Shown in pieces: positions 59,208 through 64,000 of a DNA stretch of 64,000 nt. This DNA is from Octopus vulgaris (lineage: Eukaryota): NCBI GenBank assembly GCA_951406725.2, contig OX597826.1, positions 26,846,001 to 26,910,000 of the forward strand, written 5' to 3'. The position numbers were made by a program, and so were the translations under genes. Within the stretch, counting starts at the first letter, position 1, and every line of letters begins with the position of its first letter. The notes below the pieces were generated by a model, which was given only the letters and a program-made list of their open reading frames with translations, was not told the origin of the DNA and searched no databases.

Positions 59208-59260
59208 CCTGTTTGTCTGTGTGTCTGTCTATCTATCTAACTAACCATCTATCCATCAAT

Positions 59261-59295
<35 letters not shown>

Positions 59296-59449
59296 CCTGT
59301 TTGTCTGTGTGTCTGTCTATCTATCTAACTAACCATCTATCCATCAATCTGTCTGTCTATCTACCTATCTATCTATTTATCTATCAGTCTGTCTATCTGT
59401 CTATCTATCTATCTGTCTGCTTATCTGTCTGTCTGTCTATCTATCTAAC

Positions 59450-59621
59450 AATTTTTTTTAAAAAATTTTTATTTTATCCCCCCCCTTTTTTTGTCCTCTT
59501 TCTTTCCATTTACGATCCTTTTGATCGAAAACCAAACCCCCTTCTTTTACCCCCAAAAGAAAAGCTCTACCTTGTAATTTTGTCCTGTCTGTGTGCAGCC
59601 CCGTGTGGCTAATAAAGAAAC
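59450..59621 (+). mobile_element. 3'UTR fragment of the L1/Tx1-type LINE in (TATC)n
   Basis: AAAAGCTCTACCTTGTAATTT..TGTGTGCAGCCCCGTGTGGCTAATAAAGAAAC then TATC; same as 6621-6800. Confidence 0.8.
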
Positions 59622-59744
59622 ATATCTATCTATCTGTCTGTCTGTTTGTCTGTGTTTCTGTCTATCTATCTAACTAACCATCTATCCATCAATCTGTCTG
59701 TCTGTCTATCTACCTATCTATCTATATATTTATCTGTCTATCTG

Positions 59745-59809
<65 letters not shown>

Positions 59810-60373
59810 TTTATCTATCTATCGGACTGACGCAAGTCAAATGGGCTCCAAGTAAGTTGGTAGTTTTCTACGTTTAAAATTGTTGATTGTCAAACATTTT
59901 ACGTCTAAAAGGTGTACAACAACACCCAACACATACTTTCATTAACATCCACACAAAAGTTCGCCCTTTGTGGGCAAAATTTTAAAAAATTCTCAAAGGC
60001 TTCGTGGTTTTATTTTAGCCATTTTTATTTTCAAAAATGGCTACTAGTCACCACGAGGTCAAAACGCAAGTCAAGCGTGACGGCCAAACAAAAGAGCAAG
60101 ATTCCTTGCAACCAAATGCTGAACCTGACAGTTCGAACGCCACTAACACCACCACCACCACCACCACCATCACCATCAGCATCAACAACAGCAACAACTA
60201 CAAAACCAGGCCGTCCACCGTCACCGCCACCAATGATTCCACCATCAACACCGACACCACCACCATAGCAGCTTCTGCTACTACAACTGCTTCCTCTGCT
60301 AACGATTCCACTACCAACAACAACAACACAACCAAGGTCGCAAGACCAATCCCCGTCACCGCAACCAATGATT

Positions 60374-60603
60374 CCTATTTCTTTACTGCCCACAAGGGGC
60401 TAACATAGAGGGGACAAACAAGGACAGACAAACGGATTAAGTCGATTACATCGACTCCGGTGCGTAACTGGTACTTAATTTATCGACCTCGAAAGGATGA
60501 AAGGCAAAGTCGACCTCGGCGGAATTTGAACTCAGAACGTAATGGCAGACGAAATACGGCTACCCATTTCGCCCGGCGTGCTAACGTTTCTGCCAGCTCG
60601 CCG
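60374..60603 (-). mobile_element. SINE family A inserted in the putative ORF1
   Basis: Near-complete copy (GGCGAGCTGGCAGAAACGTTAGCACGCCGGGCGAAATG on the minus strand). Confidence 0.9.
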
Positions 60604-60967
60604 CAACACCGACACCCTCCTTGACAACGCTTATGACGTTGATTTCCCCATACTGCTTTCATCACAATTTCATAAAGGAGGGGAAATGGGGGAAAACAAC
60701 ACGAACACAAATGTGAGCATGAACGCTAACATCGCGACCTCCACTCAAAAACTGGTAAACAACCCGACTTCACAGTTATCTACTGCTACTACGAACGACT
60801 CTGCCACAAACATCACCACCACCACCACCACCACCACCGGAGGTAAAGGAAAAAGATTTTAAAAAAAAACAAACAAGAAAATGCAACTAAAGCAGGGAGA
60901 TATCTGAATCCTGAAAGCTCCTCACACAACCAAACCAGCACCAACACTACAAAAATACACATAAGAG

Positions 60968-63900
60968 TACCTCCTAAATGACATCAAGTCACACGATTTG
61001 GGAATCATAGCCATAAGTGAGACCAGGCTCCACGAGCCACGGGCCCTAAAGTCCATGTTTGGCGGACAGTTTAACATTTATTTTTCTCCCTGTCTGGCGA
61101 GGATGGGCGGTAGTGGCACCGCGGTACTTTTTCACAAGAGCCTGGATCTCGAAGTCAAGACGATATTCGTAGACCCGGAGGGTAGACTGGTAGTCCCGGA
61201 TGTCGACGGCAGCAATGGGTGCGTTTTCGAATCGTATCAGTCTACGCACCGCCTTTAACAGGTCGACCGGATTTCTTTCGACGTCTAGAAGTATTCCTGG
61301 GAACGTCTCGTCCTTTACTTTTAGTGGGGTATTGGAATGCTACCTTGGACACGCATCTAGACTATGTGGGGAGAGACAAAAACAGAAAGGGATGCAAATG
61401 CCTTAGAGACCTGCTCAGACGATTCCAACTGTCTGACAGGTACCGACTCGACCACCCGAATGAACCAACGTGGACATGCAGCAACCGCAGTGGGTCGTCG
61501 AGATCGTATCTGGATAGGATACTGTGTAGGACAGTAGACAGGGATAATTTAGGATGTCCACAATACCACACAGTTAGCTACACGGATCACAAATTCGCTT
61601 CTATACGTATTGACTCTCGAGGCACATAGACAGGGTCCCGGTTACTGGAAACTAAACGCATCTTTCCCGTCCAAACAGGTTTTCAGAAACAGAATCAACA
61701 CGTTAGTAAAGAGGGCTTTAACGGGAGCCATCGTCAACAACAGATGGTGGTTCGCCCTCAATAAAGCAGTAAAAGCGGAAGCTATTAGATATAGCAAGGC
61801 ACTAGCCATAGATAGAGTAGAGGGTGAATTAGTTAAGAAGCTAGAAGTGGCTTCACATCCGACGTTTTAGCGGCGAGGTTGGCCCTCGACCAACACTTCA
61901 ACGCCAAACACGAAGAGTGTCCTGTCAGGGCTAGGATGCGTGCTCTAAGGATGGAAGGTGTTGGAGTCGCGAGAGAGACCCGGGTGGCGGAGGCGCAGCA
62001 GGGCAACAAAGCCACCATTCGGTCTCTGGTAGACGAACAAGGGCGCGAATTGCTCGATCCCAGCAAGATGTGCTAGGCATTTCAGCGGCACTTTTCCCGA
62101 CTGTACGGGACGAATGGCGAGCGTGAACGCAGGGTGGACTTCAGTGCCTACCTGCACAGCCTGCCACAACTCTCGGCAAGAGAGGCAGAGTGCTGCGAAG
62201 GTGCCATCACGGCGGTGGATGTGCGGGACGCAATGGCAGAATGCTCGAGGGACAAATCGCCGGGTTTGGATGGTCTGCCCTACGAGTTTTACAATTGTAT
62301 GCCAGACTTGTTTGGAGACGTCTTGGCAGCGGTATACTACAACTGGCAGCAAAACGGGAGTATATCTGGTTTTGTGAGTCGAGGATCCGTAACGCTGCTG
62401 AAGAAAGATCCAAACAAGGGGGACATTATAGATAACTTTAGGCCAATCACCCTGCTCAATGCAGACCTGAAAATTTTGACCAAGGTGTTAGCCAAGAGGT
62501 TGGTGCTTGTCATCGAGAAACTGGTCGACAAGGCGCAAACTTGCGCCGTGCCGGGCCGGAGTATCCATGGCAACCTCCATCTGATGCGCTGCATCATAGA
62601 CAGAGTAGTTAAGGAACCTGGCATGGGTGGGGCCCTGATCAATTTGGATCAATCGAAATTTTCGATAGGGTAGACCATCGATACTTGGAGGCAGTCCTGG
62701 GAGCGGCCGGTTTCGGTCCCGTCTTCTGCGGCTGGATAGCTGCCTTGTACAGAGGTATCCGTTCGGTAATTCGCGTAAATGGTCATCTATCGAGACCTTT
62801 CGACATTGCACGTTCGGTCCGTCAGGGATGCCCCCTCTCGTCGCTTCTATACGTATTGACTCTCGAGCTACTACTGCGGAAGCTGGCGACTCTGAGGGGC
62901 ATCCCGCGAGAATTGGGATTCAGGACGAGTGTGTCTGCATACGCGGATGACGTCACTGTCATAGTGTCAAGCCACGAGCACATCCAGCTGGTCGGCCAGA
63001 CACTGAAAGACTACGAAGCGGTGACAGGAGCGAAAATCAACCGGGAAAAGTCAGTGGGCTTGCGGCTCGGCACCTGGAGAAGCAAGCCCATGCCGTCCAC
63101 CAGCATCTCCGTCGTGGGACGCTGGACAGACAGCCCGGTTGAGTTGCTCGGGGTCTGGTTCGATCCGGACCTCCAAATGGAGAAGAACTGGAACGAGATA
63201 ACGAGTAGGGTGATCACTCTCGCCCAGAAATGGGCCGAGAGGAAACTGTCCCTAAAAGGTCGGGCGGAGGTGGCGAACACGTACATCGCGTCCATCATCT
63301 ACTACCGCCTGACCGTCGTACCTTGTCCCGACCCTACCATCACCAAACTAGAACGCATTCTCTTCCGCTTCTTGTGGAAAGGATGCGTCCCGATGGTCAG
63401 GCGATCTATTTGCTGTCAACACCTGTTAAAAGGAGGGCTGGGCATGCCGTGGTTGATGATGCGCAGACACGCGCTGAGACTGCGACATCTCCGGCTCTAT
63501 GTAGACGACGGTGAACAGGTGTGGTCGCCGTTTGTGAGGCACGCGTTCCCGCAGCTCGTCTCCTTGACAGAACTGCAGTCGTGGATCAAAAAGAGGCCGA
63601 GGAAGGACGAATGGCACCGCGAGTATCGCGTTGCTCTCAAGCAACTATGCCGTCCCGGGTCGACCTTGAGTGACTTCAACACAACCCAAGCATTCTATGG
63701 GGGATTAATGGAGGGGAGGTATGACGACGATCTTGGGGCGAACCTGGGCGCCGACGAGGAATACCTGACCCACCTGTCTGAGATGACGTTCGGGCCTGGA
63801 CTTATGGACAACTTCCAGAGATCCCTGACCTGGCAGTGCTACCGAGAAGCGCTACCCGTTCGGTTTAAGCTATATAGGCATTGCTCGAGAAACACGGGGC

Positions 63901-63983
63901 CGACCTGCCCGAGATGCAGGCAGGGCGACGAAACCGTTCTGCACGCAGTGCCTAACAATCTCCGACCTGTGGTCTTATGTTGA
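60968..63983 (+). pseudogene. Frameshifted ORF2 of L1/Tx1-type LINE
   Basis: AISETRL, SVYAPP, VGYWNA (GDFN-like), SYLDRIL, TDHKF, GPGYWKLNAS, KSPGLDGLPYEFY, NFRPITLLNADLKILTK, LDQSK, SVRQGCPLS, YADD, GGLG, CPRC..ETVLH; split over at least six ORFs. Confidence 0.93.
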
Positions 63984-64000
63984 ACAACTACTGTCACGTG

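Larger units (their letters stand above)
59823..64000 (+). mobile_element. L1/Tx1-type LINE: putative 5'UTR, partial ORF1, and ORF2 (APE endonuclease, RT, C-terminal zinc motif); runs off the window
   Basis: Starts directly after (TATC)n; ORF2 motifs listed in the ORF2 feature; the 5' part (59823-60970) is assigned by position. Confidence 0.8.

Overview
AT-rich, extremely microsatellite-dense animal genomic DNA. The SINE families and the (TA)n/(TATC)n/(AAT)n load strongly suggest an octopus or other coleoid cephalopod (inference). I can support no host protein-coding exon; almost all ORFs in the track are microsatellite artefacts. The window is a transposon landscape. It holds three 5'-truncated Dong/R4-type LINEs in (AAT)n tracts, a near full-length L1/Tx1-type LINE plus two 3' fragments in (TATC)n tracts, RTE fragments, a DD41D Tc1/mariner relic, Helitron/Helentron non-autonomous elements and many tRNA-derived SINEs. 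The most interesting signal is a dense set of self-cleaving-ribozyme motifs read directly from the sequence. About nine type I hammerhead motifs lie in microsatellite-flanked Penelope-like (pLTR/retrozyme-like) units, one directly behind a GIY-YIG remnant. They show recurrent non-canonical cores (U4C, A6U), palindromic stem III and unusually long stem II. There is also an HDV-like ribozyme at the 5' end of an RTE-derived non-autonomous element, and several fold-back palindromes. All folds and alignments were done by eye, and repeat boundaries are approximate.
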